In this document: positions 47,991 to 58,214 of the stretch, piece by piece
Layout of the letters: every line of letters begins with the position of its first letter
Position numbering within the stretch: position 1 is the stretch's first letter
DNA from: a bacterium
GTDB lineage: Bacteria; UBA8248; JACPRG01; G963555815
Assembly (NCBI GenBank): GCA_965261595.1
Contig: CBDHDG010000001.1
Coordinates: forward strand, 32,001-96,000
DNA length: 64,000 nt
Direction: 5' to 3'
Translations under genes and position numbers: made by a program
The notes under the pieces: model-generated
Databases searched by the model: none
Told to the model about the DNA's origin: nothing
What the model saw: the letters and a program-made list of their open reading frames with translations, nothing else

Positions 47991-48522
47991 CCTCCAGGGA
48001 AATTGCCCGTGGTCCAAAGAACGTCGCTTAGAGAGCGTCTATGGGCTTCACTTTTGGGCGGAAGTCACAGAATTGGCCACTTCCATGGCCGGTTGGTGGG
48101 TCGGCGCAGGAGGCCACAGACGGGGGGCGTTTTCAGGTGGGAGGAGGTGCCTGGGGAGGAGGCGTCCCTCTCCGTACGGGCGAAGCTGGTGGAAGGGTCG
48201 TTTGGCACAAGCGATAGAATCGGGGAGGTACACAGGAATTGCTAAAGATGGTACGTTGAACTAAGCGTACGGGCGAACTTAATTTAATTTACCTGGCGTT
48301 GAGGACTCACAGGCCAATGGCTTCCCCTCCCCCTGGGGACGCCAACAACCCGGCAAAGATCCCGGCGCCCCCCCGCCCGCTGAAGCTATAGTCAACACAA
48401 GGCTCCCCCGGTGGACAGTCAGCCGTCAAAGGCCGGCCCTCCCGATTTTCTCGCGCCGCGGGCCGATTTGAACCTGTTTTTGTTCCTTGAGTTTCGGTAG
48501 AATTCAGCGAGGGGCATCCACA

Positions 48523-49287
48523 ATGGGAAATCGTGTGAAGGACAAGGTCGCGATCGTCACGGGGGCCGGGCGGGGCCTGGGCGAGCATATCGCGCGGGCG
48601 TATTGCCGGGAAGGCGCCCAAGTGGTCCTGACAGCCCGGTCCGATGATGAAATTCAAGGCGTTGCGTCTGATTTGAACGCGGCGGGATTGCCGGCCTTTG
48701 CGGTTTCAGGGGACGTGAGGGACGAAGAGGACGTACGCGCGGTCTTCTCCCGAGCCAGGGCGGCCTTCGGGCCGGTGGACATCCTGGTGAACAACGCCGG
48801 CGCGAATCAGTTGAAGCCCTTCACAGAAACGACGGTCGAGGAGTGGGATCGCATCCTGACGACGAACCTCAGGGGCGCGTTCCTCTGCGTCCGCGAGGCC
48901 CTGACGGACATGGTCCCGAACCGGAGCGGCGCAATCCTTAACATCAGCTCGGGCTTCGGCAGCCGGCCCTTTCCGAATTTCACCGCCTACTGCGCGTCCA
49001 AGTTCGGCTTGGAAGGGTTCACGCTCTCGCTCGCGATGGAGATGGAGGCCGAAGGCATACGTGTGAACACCCTTCATCCCGGAGGGGTGTGCGACACCAC
49101 GATCGGGGCGGCCACCGCGCCCACCGACCTCCCTCGGGAACAATGGCTCCCCGCCGACATCCTGGTCGAGCCGGCCGTCTTCCTGGCCTCGGAAGAAGGG
49201 CGAGCCGTCACCGGCCAATGCATCAACGCGAAGGGGTGGCCGAAGGGACGCGAGGCCGGGGTGAAACCCGGGGACGAGGCGGGCTGA
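48523..49287 (+). CDS. SDR family oxidoreductase
   Basis: TGAGRGLG, LVNNAG, YCASK, HPG motifs. Confidence 0.92.
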   Translation: MGNRVKDKVAIVTGAGRGLGEHIARAYCREGAQVVLTARSDDEIQGVASDLNAAGLPAFAVSGDVRDEEDVRAVFSRARAAFGPVDILVNNAGANQLKPFTETTVEEWDRILTTNLRGAFLCVREALTDMVPNRSGAILNISSGFGSRPFPNFTAYCASKFGLEGFTLSLAMEMEAEGIRVNTLHPGGVCDTTIGAATAPTDLPREQWLPADILVEPAVFLASEEGRAVTGQCINAKGWPKGREAGVKPGDEAG

Positions 49288-49456
49288 CGCCCGTTTCCAA
49301 ACCGCCGAGCCGGGTGCGTACGCAGCCCGAGGCTCCCGGACGCTGACATTTCGAGTGCGGCCGGGAATCCACTCAACCTGAATGGCGCGCGGAGGACGAC
49401 CCAAACCGGAAGTCGCCGAATCCTCGCGGCTTCAACCGCCCTGCGGGAAACAACGC

Positions 49457-50848
49457 ATGAAAGCGGATCTGAACATTGTGGGGGGAACCCTCGTCATCCC
49501 GGGCTCGGGACTCGTCCGCGCGGGCGTCTCGATCCACCGCGGGAAAATCCTCTCGGTGGCCTTCGAGGATGCGCTCCCTCCCGCCCGCGAGACCTTCGAG
49601 GCCTCGGGCCTCCACGTGTTCCCGGGCGTCATGGATCCCCACGTCCACCTGGGGTTTTCCGGCAGCTTCGCCAACGACTGCCGGACAGAAAGCCTCTCCG
49701 CCCTGTCCGCAGGGACCACAACCCTCTCGGCCCTCCTGCGGGAGCCGGGCTCCTATCTGAAAACCTTCCCGGATTTCCGAAAAGACGCCGAGGCCAACAG
49801 CTATACGGACATGGTTTTTTCCATCCGGCTCGGGGAAGAGCGGCAAGTGGAAGAAATCCCCGAGTACGTGGACCGCCTGGGCGTCACCGGCTTCAAATGC
49901 TACCAGTACGGGCTTCCGGGCATCGTCGAGGCCGAGGACGACGGACTCATGTTCATGGCCATGAAGACCCTGGCGAAGCTGGGAGACCCGACGTTCCTGG
50001 CCATTCACTGCGAGAACGAAGACCTCGTCATTCAGGCGACCGAGCGCGTCCGGGCGAAAAAGAAAAAAGGCGCCCTCGCCGACTGGGCGGATACGCACCC
50101 CGACGAGGCCGAGGAAGAGGGCGTCCTCCGGGCGGCTTATCTATCCGAAGCGACGGGCGCGCGGGTTTACATCGTCCACCTCTCGACCGCCCTGGCGGCG
50201 AGGCGGCTGCCCGCGCTTCGCCGGCGGAACCCGAACCTCCTCGTCGAGACAACCTCCCCCAACCTGTCCATCACGAAGTACTCGAAAAAGGGGTTCCTCG
50301 CCAAAATGTCGCCCCCCTTCCGCGCGCCCGAATCAGTCGAGGCGCTCTGGGAGGCGCTGCGGGACGGGCATATCGACGCCCTGGGCACGGACCACACGCC
50401 CAGGACGAGGGCGGAAAAGAACCTTCGAGGAGGGCTCTGGGGCTCCAAGACGGGAATCGCGGCCGTCGGAACCCACCTGCCCGTCCTGTTGCATGAGGGC
50501 CACCACAAGCGGGGCGTTTCCCTGGTCCGCATCGCCGAAGCGACCAGCCGGAACCCGGCTCGGATCTACGGCGTTTATCCGCAAAAAGGGGACATCCGCC
50601 CCGGAACGGACGCGGACCTGGCCCTGGTGGACCTCGAAACCGAAAAGCGCGTCCGCCCGGAGAAGCTGCACAGCTTTTCGGATTTCAGCCTGTATGAAGG
50701 GGATGTCCTCAAGGGATGGCCGAAGGCGATCATCAAGGGAGGCCGGCTGGCCCTTGTAGACGATGAGGTTCGTATCGAGCCGGGCGCGGGCCGTTACCTG
50801 CGCCGGAAGCTTGCCTCCGGCCGCCGCGCAACCGACATGACGCGATAA
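49457..50848 (+). CDS. Cyclic amidohydrolase (dihydropyrimidinase/allantoinase family)
   Basis: DPHVH, GFK, AIHCEN, IVHLS, GTDH, NPARIYG.YP.KG motifs. Confidence 0.9.
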   Translation: MKADLNIVGGTLVIPGSGLVRAGVSIHRGKILSVAFEDALPPARETFEASGLHVFPGVMDPHVHLGFSGSFANDCRTESLSALSAGTTTLSALLREPGSYLKTFPDFRKDAEANSYTDMVFSIRLGEERQVEEIPEYVDRLGVTGFKCYQYGLPGIVEAEDDGLMFMAMKTLAKLGDPTFLAIHCENEDLVIQATERVRAKKKKGALADWADTHPDEAEEEGVLRAAYLSEATGARVYIVHLSTALAARRLPALRRRNPNLLVETTSPNLSITKYSKKGFLAKMSPPFRAPESVEALWEALRDGHIDALGTDHTPRTRAEKNLRGGLWGSKTGIAAVGTHLPVLLHEGHHKRGVSLVRIAEATSRNPARIYGVYPQKGDIRPGTDADLALVDLETEKRVRPEKLHSFSDFSLYEGDVLKGWPKAIIKGGRLALVDDEVRIEPGAGRYLRRKLASGRRATDMTR

Positions 50849-51272
50849 GCAGAAGTGTTTTATTGGGTTTTGGCGGCGGGTGTGACGGAGGCCGAGTATT
50901 TCGAACCCGGAAGACCCAGCAGGCCCTCAGCCATCCGAATCACCTCCACCCACTGGGCGGCGCTCAGCTCGCCTTCCGATCCCCTAGTTTACCACTCGAT
51001 TGATCGCGCGTCAGGGGTCTCTCGCGGGAAATAATCCGCCCGACCCGACGTCTCCCCTGTCTCCCCAAACCGGACCGCCGGACAAGGCCGCTCAACCCGT
51101 CCGAGTCGGCAAGCGGGGTGCGAAACCATCTGAGGGTCAATGGACGGATAATGCGAGTGATGCGAGGAGGGCTGATTCTTTGAACCCCGGCCCCTAGCCG
51201 GCAGACAACGCGGGGAGGGCCGCTTCGGGGAGCCTCGGACAGCCACCTATCCCGACCCCCCTTGAAGTGAGC

Positions 51273-53558
51273 TTAATCCTGTCTCTCTTTCAACCGGTTC
51301 AGAAGCCGCTCCGCATTGATGGGCAGGGACTTCACCGCTATGCCTGTCGCGTCGGTGATGGCGTTCGCGATAGCGGGGGCGATGCCCACCAGCGCGGGCT
51401 CCGCCAAACCCTTCGCTCCCCAGGGACCCGTCGGCTCGTTGGACTCCACAATAATGGGAATGGTCTCGTCCGGCATATCCTCCGAGCAAGCGATCCGGTA
51501 ATCCACGATGTTGGCGTTCTGCGGAAGGCACGTGGCCGGATCCACCACCAAGTCTTCGATCAGGGCGTAACCGATCCCCTGCCCCGCCCCGCCTTCGATC
51601 TGACCCTCGCAAATCTGGGGATTGATCGCCCGGCCGAGGTCATGGGCGCACACCAGCTTCAGGACCTTGACCTCTCCCGTCTCGGTGTCGACCTCGACGT
51701 GGGCGAAATGCGCCAGAAAAGGCGGGCAGTTCGTCACCGGAGCGAAGGTCCCCCGTCCCATCACCATGACGTTCTTGTCGCAGTGAATGGCGTACATGGC
51801 GGCCTCCTCAAAGGGCAGCGCGCGCTTCGGCGCGCTCCGGACATAGACCTTTCCGTCCGCGCACGCCAAGTCCGCGGCGTCCGCCTCGAGCGCGTCGGCG
51901 ACCGCGGCCATGAGCTGGTCCCTCGCCTCCTCGGCGGCCATCTTCACCGCGTTTCCGGCCATGTAAGCCTGCCGGCTGCTGTGGGTCCCGTTGTCGTAAG
52001 GACAAAAATCGGTGTCGCCGTTGAAGACGTCGATCCGCTCCGGGTCGATCCCGAGAACCTCGCCGGCCACCTGCGCCAGGATGGTGTCGGAGCCCTGTCC
52101 CAAGTCACACGCCCCGACAGCGATGTTCACCGTTCCGTCCTCATTGATTTTCAGGACCGCCCCGGTGATCTCGTTCACGAAGGGTTTGACGCCCGTGTTG
52201 TGCGTGCCGACGGCCATTCCCACGCCCCGGACCTTCGATCCGTCCCGAAACCTCTTGCCCCGAATCTCCGACCAGCCGACAGCCTCGGCGCCTTTCCGGA
52301 TACACTCCTCCATCCCGGAGGATTCAATCGTGATCTTGCTCATTTCGTCGAAATCGCCGGCCCGCACGTGGTTCTTCAGGCGAAGCTCCAGGGCGTCCAT
52401 CTCCAGGGCCTCGGCCGCCCGGTCCATCAGGATCTCCATGGCGAAGGTCTGCTGGGGGGTCCCGAAACCGCGAAAGGCTCCCGCCACGGGGAAATTCGTG
52501 TAGGCGGCGAATCCCTCGTAGCGTACGTGCGGCGTGCGGTAGAGCATCATCCACCGGTGGCCGGTCGTCATCGTCACCTTGGGACTGGCGGCGGAATACC
52601 CGCCCGCGTTCAGATAGGCCCGAAGCGTGCGCGCGTGGAGCGTCCCGTCCGACTTGAACCCCAGCTTGAGATGGAAGCGGTTCGCGTGCCGGGTCCGCGT
52701 CCCCACAAACTCCTCCCACCGGGTCAGGGTCAGCCGGACCGGCCGGCCGGTCTCCATGGTCATCAGGGCGACAACGATCTCGTCGAACAGGTCGTTCTTG
52801 CCGCCGAAGCTGCCGCCCGTGAACGGCTTGATGACGCGGATTCGCGTCAGGGGCATATCGAGGATCTTGCCCAGGAGAATCCGGATGTTATGAACACCCT
52901 GGGTCGAGGTCCAGACCGTGAGCCGGCCCGAGTGCCTGTCGTGCTCGGCCGCGTAGGTGTGCGTCTCCATCGGCATGTGCTGGACCACGTGGGTCTCGAA
53001 GGAATCCTCCAGGACCAGGTCGCACTCCCGGAAGCCTTCCTCCGCGTCGCCGACAGACCACTCCACGTGCTTCAGGAGGTTGGTGTCCCCGTGAATGGGA
53101 CGCGCGTCCGGCTCGAGCGCCTTCTCGGGATCTCCGATCACGGGCAGGTGCTCATAATCCACCTTGATGAGGTGAAGGGCGTCTTCCGCGGCCTGCGGCG
53201 TGGTCGCCGCCACGGCCGCCACGCGGTCGCCCACGTGCCGGACAACGGGAGAAAACGCCCGCTCATCGGGAGGGAGCCGATCGTCGTCCACGGGTTCGCG
53301 CCAATAGCTGTTGAAAAGAACGTCGGGCGTGTTCTCGTGGGTCAGGACGGCCTTGACGCCCGGAACCGCCAGGGCCTTGGAAACGTCGATCCCCCGGATC
53401 CGGGCGTGGGGGACGGGGCTGCGCAGGATTCGCATGGTCAACGCCCGGTGCATCGGCAGGTCCGCCGTGTAACGCGCCTGCCCCGTCACCTTGACAAAGG
53501 CGTCCTTCTTCTTGACCGGCTTTCCGATGTACCGGAGGTCGCTCCCGTTTCCGCTCAT
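51273..53558 (-). CDS. Xanthine dehydrogenase family molybdopterin-binding subunit
   Basis: KVTGQARY, RSPVPHARI, GGSFGGK, AFRGFG, GQGS, GQIEGG, AKGLAE motifs. Confidence 0.94.
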   Translation of the reverse strand: MSGNGSDLRYIGKPVKKKDAFVKVTGQARYTADLPMHRALTMRILRSPVPHARIRGIDVSKALAVPGVKAVLTHENTPDVLFNSYWREPVDDDRLPPDERAFSPVVRHVGDRVAAVAATTPQAAEDALHLIKVDYEHLPVIGDPEKALEPDARPIHGDTNLLKHVEWSVGDAEEGFRECDLVLEDSFETHVVQHMPMETHTYAAEHDRHSGRLTVWTSTQGVHNIRILLGKILDMPLTRIRVIKPFTGGSFGGKNDLFDEIVVALMTMETGRPVRLTLTRWEEFVGTRTRHANRFHLKLGFKSDGTLHARTLRAYLNAGGYSAASPKVTMTTGHRWMMLYRTPHVRYEGFAAYTNFPVAGAFRGFGTPQQTFAMEILMDRAAEALEMDALELRLKNHVRAGDFDEMSKITIESSGMEECIRKGAEAVGWSEIRGKRFRDGSKVRGVGMAVGTHNTGVKPFVNEITGAVLKINEDGTVNIAVGACDLGQGSDTILAQVAGEVLGIDPERIDVFNGDTDFCPYDNGTHSSRQAYMAGNAVKMAAEEARDQLMAAVADALEADAADLACADGKVYVRSAPKRALPFEEAAMYAIHCDKNVMVMGRGTFAPVTNCPPFLAHFAHVEVDTETGEVKVLKLVCAHDLGRAINPQICEGQIEGGAGQGIGYALIEDLVVDPATCLPQNANIVDYRIACSEDMPDETIPIIVESNEPTGPWGAKGLAEPALVGIAPAIANAITDATGIAVKSLPINAERLLNRLKERQD

Positions 53559-54034
53559 CCCGCTTCCCCCATCCTCTTCGCCGCGAGCTCGATGGCGTCG
53601 ATGATCTTGATGTATCCCGTACACCGGCAGTAGTTCCCGTGGAGGGCCTCCCGGATTTGACCTTTGTCGGGATTCGGAATTTCGTCCAGAAGCGAGATGG
53701 AAGTCAGAACCATGGCCGGGGTGCAGAATCCGCACTGCACGGCCCCGCATTCGATGAAGGCCGTCTGGACCGGGTGCAGCGCGTCTCCGTCCGCCACGCC
53801 CTCGATCGTCCGGACCTCGGTCCCGTCGGCGCGAACGGCGGGGATCAGGCAGGAACACGCCAACTCCCCCCCCATCAGGACGATGCAGCAGCCGCACACG
53901 CCGACGTCACAACCCACCTTCGTCCCGGTAAGCTGAAGGTCTTCCCGCAACACTTCCGACAGGAACCGGTTCACCGCGACGGTGAGCTCGATGGGTTCGT
54001 CATTGACTGAGAATCGGATTGTCTTTCTGTCCAC
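53555..54034 (-). CDS. Xanthine dehydrogenase family 2Fe-2S subunit
   Basis: GCDVGVCGCC, QCGFCTP, CRCTGY motifs. Confidence 0.95.
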   Translation of the reverse strand: MDRKTIRFSVNDEPIELTVAVNRFLSEVLREDLQLTGTKVGCDVGVCGCCIVLMGGELACSCLIPAVRADGTEVRTIEGVADGDALHPVQTAFIECGAVQCGFCTPAMVLTSISLLDEIPNPDKGQIREALHGNYCRCTGYIKIIDAIELAAKRMGEAG

Positions 54035-54090
54035 GAGGATCCTTTCCGGAACCGGCGAACGCCCGGCGCCGGGCCGTGGGTGTCGCCCGG

Positions 54091-54954
54091 TTAATCCCCG
54101 GGCGTGATTTGCTTCAACAGGCGCGGGAGGAGGACCTTGACCATCTCCCGCTTGTACGTCCCGGAGCAGTAAACGTCGTCGGGCGGATCGACTTCGGCGG
54201 CCGCGGCCGCGGCCGCCGCGTCAAAGACTCCCGCATCGAGCGCCTTCTCACGCAGGGCCTCTTCCGCCCCCGTCGAGCGCATCGGCGTCGGCGCGGCGTT
54301 GGAAAAAGCAACGCGGGCTTCCAGGCACGTCCTGCCGTCGGGCGCGAGATCCAGCCGGACGGCGATGCCCAGGGTGGGCTTGTCCGCCTTCGAGCGGGGC
54401 GTGAACTTCAGGTGTCCGAAGACCGAATTCTCCCTGACCTTCGGGATTGAGATCTCGCCGATGACCTCAGAGCGCGTCAGGCAGGTCTCATAGGTGTCGA
54501 CGAAGAGGTCTTTCACCTCGATAGTCCGGTAGCGCCCCTTCCGGACGGCGTGGACCGAGGCGTCCAGAACCAGGCAGGCCGCGGGCGGGTCCGAAGCCGT
54601 CTCCCCATAGGCCAGACACCCGCCCAGCGTAATCTGGTTGCGAAGCCGCCGGGAGGCGACCTTCCCCACGACTTCCGCGAGGAACGGAACGGTGTTGAGG
54701 ACAACGGGCGATCGCTCGATCTCGGTCAGCGTCGCCAACGCGCCGATCCGAAGACCCTCCTCACCGGCCAGAAGGAACCGGAGCTCGGGTATGCCCTGGA
54801 GGTCCACCAATGATTCCGGGGAGAAAATCCGCTCCTTCATGAGGGCGAAGAGCGCGGTTCCGCCGCCGACGGCCTTCGCCATCTCTCCCCTGGTTTCCAG
54901 CAGCGCAACGGCTTCTTTCAGGTCGTGCGGCAGTTGATAGTCGAAGTTCTTCAC
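54091..54954 (-). CDS. Xanthine dehydrogenase family FAD-binding subunit
   Basis: GGGTAL, RIGA, RNQITLGG, ASD motifs. Confidence 0.93.
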   Translation of the reverse strand: MKNFDYQLPHDLKEAVALLETRGEMAKAVGGGTALFALMKERIFSPESLVDLQGIPELRFLLAGEEGLRIGALATLTEIERSPVVLNTVPFLAEVVGKVASRRLRNQITLGGCLAYGETASDPPAACLVLDASVHAVRKGRYRTIEVKDLFVDTYETCLTRSEVIGEISIPKVRENSVFGHLKFTPRSKADKPTLGIAVRLDLAPDGRTCLEARVAFSNAAPTPMRSTGAEEALREKALDAGVFDAAAAAAAAEVDPPDDVYCSGTYKREMVKVLLPRLLKQITPGD

Positions 54955-55016
54955 GGTCCGCTGAATCCTTCCCCGGGGTCGTTCCGCCCCGCCGCTTGGT
55001 CCATCCGCCTCGGGCC

Positions 55017-55058
55017 TCGGCGTGAATTATACTTCAATCGGCGTGAATTATACTTCAA
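55017..55058. repeat. Perfect 2 x 21-bp tandem duplication in a divergent promoter region
   Basis: TCGGCGTGAATTATACTTCAA twice; the minus strand contains TATAAT in each unit. Confidence 0.85.
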
Positions 55059-55249
55059 ACGGAATCCGGATCAGGGCTTTCCCGGAAGTTGTCACCCCGC
55101 ACGAATGTTGATACACTTGGGGCTTTGCGGAGGTTCAAGCCATCATCCCGCGCGGCGCCGTTTTGGTTCGGAGGGCGCCGGGGGGGTTCGCTTCACCGAG
55201 CCGGTCCGAATCTCAGGATGTTTTCCACCGTTAAAAAGAGGAGAGCAAC

Positions 55250-56665
55250 GTGGCCATCGACCTTCTTATCCGGAACGGGACCATCGTCACCCCCGACGCA
55301 ACGTTCGAGGCGGCCATCGGCATCGACAAGGGTGTCATCGTCGCCATCGGCGATGAGACCAGCATGCCGGAAGGCAGAACTAACATCAACGCCAAGGGCC
55401 TTCATGTCCTGCCCGGCCTCATCGACGCACACGTCCATTTCCGGGAGCCCGGCGTAGAGTACAAGGAAGACTTCAACACGGGCAGCCGGGCCGCGGTGTG
55501 CGGCGGCATCACGACCGTCGTCGACATGCCCAACGTCATCCCCGCCACGGCCGACGTGCCTGCGTTCAATCTGAAGGTGAGCCGTCTCCAAGGGAAATCC
55601 TTCGTGGACGTCGCGGTCCTGGCGGTCGTCGTCAACACCAACCTGGGACAGCTCAAGGAGCTCGCGAAGGCCGGCGTGATCGGCTTCAAGGTCTTCCTCG
55701 GCGAGACGGTGGGCGGAATCCCCGCCCCGGACGACGGCCCGCTCCTCGAGGCCTGGGACATCATCGCCGCGACCGGCCGCCGGACGTGCATTCACGGCGA
55801 GCACCGGCCCATCACCAGCCACCTCATCGAGAAGTTCAAGAAGGAGGGCCGCACGGACCCGCTGGCCCACGTGGACAGCCGCCCGCCCATCTCCGCGGTC
55901 CAGGCCGTCATGACCGCCGTCAACTACTGCCGGGTGACCGGGGCGAAACTGCACGACCTGCACGAAGGGTGCGCGGACGTGATCAACATGCTCCGCGAGG
56001 TGAGGGCCAAAGGGGACGTGGACGTCACCGTCGAGACGGGGCCCCACTACCTGCTCATGACGGCCGAGGACATGAAGAAGAAGCACATCGGCAACCTCAT
56101 CCGGATGAACCCGCCCATCCGGTATAAGGGACATCAGGAAACCCTTTGGGAGGGTCTGAACGACGGGTCCATCGACATGGTCGCCACCGATCACTCCCCG
56201 CACACCATCAAGGAAAAGACCCAAAAGAGCATCTGGGACACCATCCCCGGATTCCCGGGCGTCGAGACCAACGTCCCCATCATGCTGACCCAGGTCGACG
56301 CGGGGAGAATCAGTCTCGAGCAGTATGTCCGCGTCCAGTCCGAGAATCCCGCCAAGGTCTGGCAGATGTACCCGCAGAAGGGCTCGCTTCAGCTCGGCAC
56401 CGACGGGGACATCACGATCGTGGACTTGAACAAGACGGGCACGATCCGCGCCAAGAACCTCCACTCCAAAAACAAGATCACGCCCTGGGAGGGGTGGAAG
56501 GTGAAGGGGATGCCCGTTTACACCATCGTCCGGGGAAACGTGGTCATGAGGAACGGGAAGGTCATGGGCAAACCGCAGGGGCGGTTGGTGACCCCCATCG
56601 ATCACAAACCCGAGGCCCCCAAGAAAAAAGCCGCCCCCAAGGCGAAGGCTGCCAAGAAAAAGTAA
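55250..56665 (+). CDS. Cyclic amidohydrolase (allantoinase/dihydroorotase family)
   Basis: DAHVHFREPG, GGITT..DMPN, GFKVF, IHGE, MNPPIR, ATDHSPH motifs; AGGAG RBS. Confidence 0.92.
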   Translation: MAIDLLIRNGTIVTPDATFEAAIGIDKGVIVAIGDETSMPEGRTNINAKGLHVLPGLIDAHVHFREPGVEYKEDFNTGSRAAVCGGITTVVDMPNVIPATADVPAFNLKVSRLQGKSFVDVAVLAVVVNTNLGQLKELAKAGVIGFKVFLGETVGGIPAPDDGPLLEAWDIIAATGRRTCIHGEHRPITSHLIEKFKKEGRTDPLAHVDSRPPISAVQAVMTAVNYCRVTGAKLHDLHEGCADVINMLREVRAKGDVDVTVETGPHYLLMTAEDMKKKHIGNLIRMNPPIRYKGHQETLWEGLNDGSIDMVATDHSPHTIKEKTQKSIWDTIPGFPGVETNVPIMLTQVDAGRISLEQYVRVQSENPAKVWQMYPQKGSLQLGTDGDITIVDLNKTGTIRAKNLHSKNKITPWEGWKVKGMPVYTIVRGNVVMRNGKVMGKPQGRLVTPIDHKPEAPKKKAAPKAKAAKKK

Positions 56666-56671
56666 GGGATG

Positions 56672-56715
56672 GGGCGCCGGCGGTTCCCGATGCGGAAAAG
56701 CCGGCGCCCTTTTTT
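56672..56715 (+). terminator. Probable intrinsic terminator
   Basis: GGGCGCCGGC...GCCGGCGCCC stem followed by T6. Confidence 0.55.
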
Positions 56716-56759
56716 CATTCGGTGAACCGGAAAATCAGGGGAAATTGGAGGAAGAGAAG

Positions 56760-57929
56760 ATGAGCGCCGCCCTGGAGGACCGGGGCGCGGTGACGCGCCC
56801 TGCCATCGAAGACAACCTGCACCTCTTCTGGCAAACCCTGAAGAACCGGGGCGTCCACCGACGCGAAGTCCTGGGGACCCTTCGGCGGGCGGAGCGCGCC
56901 CTCGGCCCGGGCCGACTGGAAGAGATCGCGGACCTCTCGGCCGGATCGGAGACCCCCTTTGAAGACCTCCTCGCCTTCAACCTCTACGAGGACGCGGTCT
57001 TCCGGGACGGCTGCACGGTCCTGATGGCGCTGGGAAAGACCTCGGCCTCGGGCAACCCCATCCTCCTGAAGAACAGCGACAAGGTCGGTGGCCAGAGCCT
57101 GACCGGACCGAACTTTCATCTCAACAAGGAAATCAACGTCATTCAGGACGTCCGCTCCGATTCCGGACACCGGATCCTGGGCGTGTGCGCGGCCGGCTCC
57201 ACGGGGATCAAGATGGGGATGAACGACGCCGGCGTCATCACCGCCAGCAACATCGGCCGGACGGTCGAGCTCAAAGAGAAGAAGACGGACCTCACCACCC
57301 TGCGGGCCATCGACCGGGCGCAGGTCATGCGCGACGGACTCGAATTCGACAACGCCCGCGACGCCGCCGAAAGGACCCTGTCCGACCTCATCGACAGTCC
57401 GATGAGCACGCCGGGGAACGTGGAGTTTCTGGACAAAGAAGCCTGCTACATCATCGAGGGGTCGTACACGCAGTTCGCCGTCGAGATCATCCGCGGAGAC
57501 CGCGTGGCCGCCCGGGCCAACCACTTCAAACTCCTCCACGACCTGAACGATCCTGAAGACATCGCCGGGCACAAGCGGTACGCCCGCTGCATGGAGCTCC
57601 TCGAAGGCAACGCCGGGCGCGTCGACCGCGAGAAGATGATCGAGTTCTCCATGGACCACGCCAACGGACCGGGGCCCAATTCGATCTGCCGCTATGGGAC
57701 GACACCGGAGGAAGAGACCTCTCTCTCGTCCATGATCATGGAGATCAATCCGGACGATCCAAAAAAATCCGCCGTTCACATCTGCCTCGGCAAGCCCAGC
57801 CACGCCTGGCGGGATCCGGCGGGGAACCTCACTCTGTCCATGGACAGCAAGCCGAAGGACATCCCGCAAGGCTTCCTCAACGGCGACATCTGGAAGCGGT
57901 TCTACACCGAAGAGCCCAACGCGGCGTAG
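56760..57929 (+). CDS. Ntn hydrolase, peptidase C45/acyltransferase-like
   Basis: EEI..L..G...DLLAFN pro-region; G-CT autocleavage site; LLKNSD, GMNDAGV, ANHF motifs. Confidence 0.78.
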   Translation: MSAALEDRGAVTRPAIEDNLHLFWQTLKNRGVHRREVLGTLRRAERALGPGRLEEIADLSAGSETPFEDLLAFNLYEDAVFRDGCTVLMALGKTSASGNPILLKNSDKVGGQSLTGPNFHLNKEINVIQDVRSDSGHRILGVCAAGSTGIKMGMNDAGVITASNIGRTVELKEKKTDLTTLRAIDRAQVMRDGLEFDNARDAAERTLSDLIDSPMSTPGNVEFLDKEACYIIEGSYTQFAVEIIRGDRVAARANHFKLLHDLNDPEDIAGHKRYARCMELLEGNAGRVDREKMIEFSMDHANGPGPNSICRYGTTPEEETSLSSMIMEINPDDPKKSAVHICLGKPSHAWRDPAGNLTLSMDSKPKDIPQGFLNGDIWKRFYTEEPNAA

Positions 57930-58214
57930 GAACGAGGCAAGAAACCGCTCTCGGGATTAAGCGGGGGAAGATCGCCCTTCCACACAATGTGGCGACACGG
58001 ACTGGCTCCGCATTCGGATTGAACCCTCTTCGAATTATGAACGCTTCCACGGCAAAATCGTTCTGAACAATACGGATCCGCCTGAATTCCTTTCTCATCG
58101 ATGACAGTGGAGGATGGCTTCCTCTTCTCCAACCCGTCCGCATTGGGTAGGATTGGTCCCGGCGGGCGATTTTTCCCCGCGAGAAAACCGGACCTCCTTC
58201 AGAGGGCGCTCCCC

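Noticed and set aside
47995..48300. Possible additional IS end or dif-like site
   Set aside because: No partner inverted repeat found and no convincing XerC/XerD arms
53559..53897. N-terminal extension of the XDH large subunit in the ORF track
   Set aside because: Overlaps the 2Fe-2S gene; the real start is ATG 53558 overlapping that gene's stop
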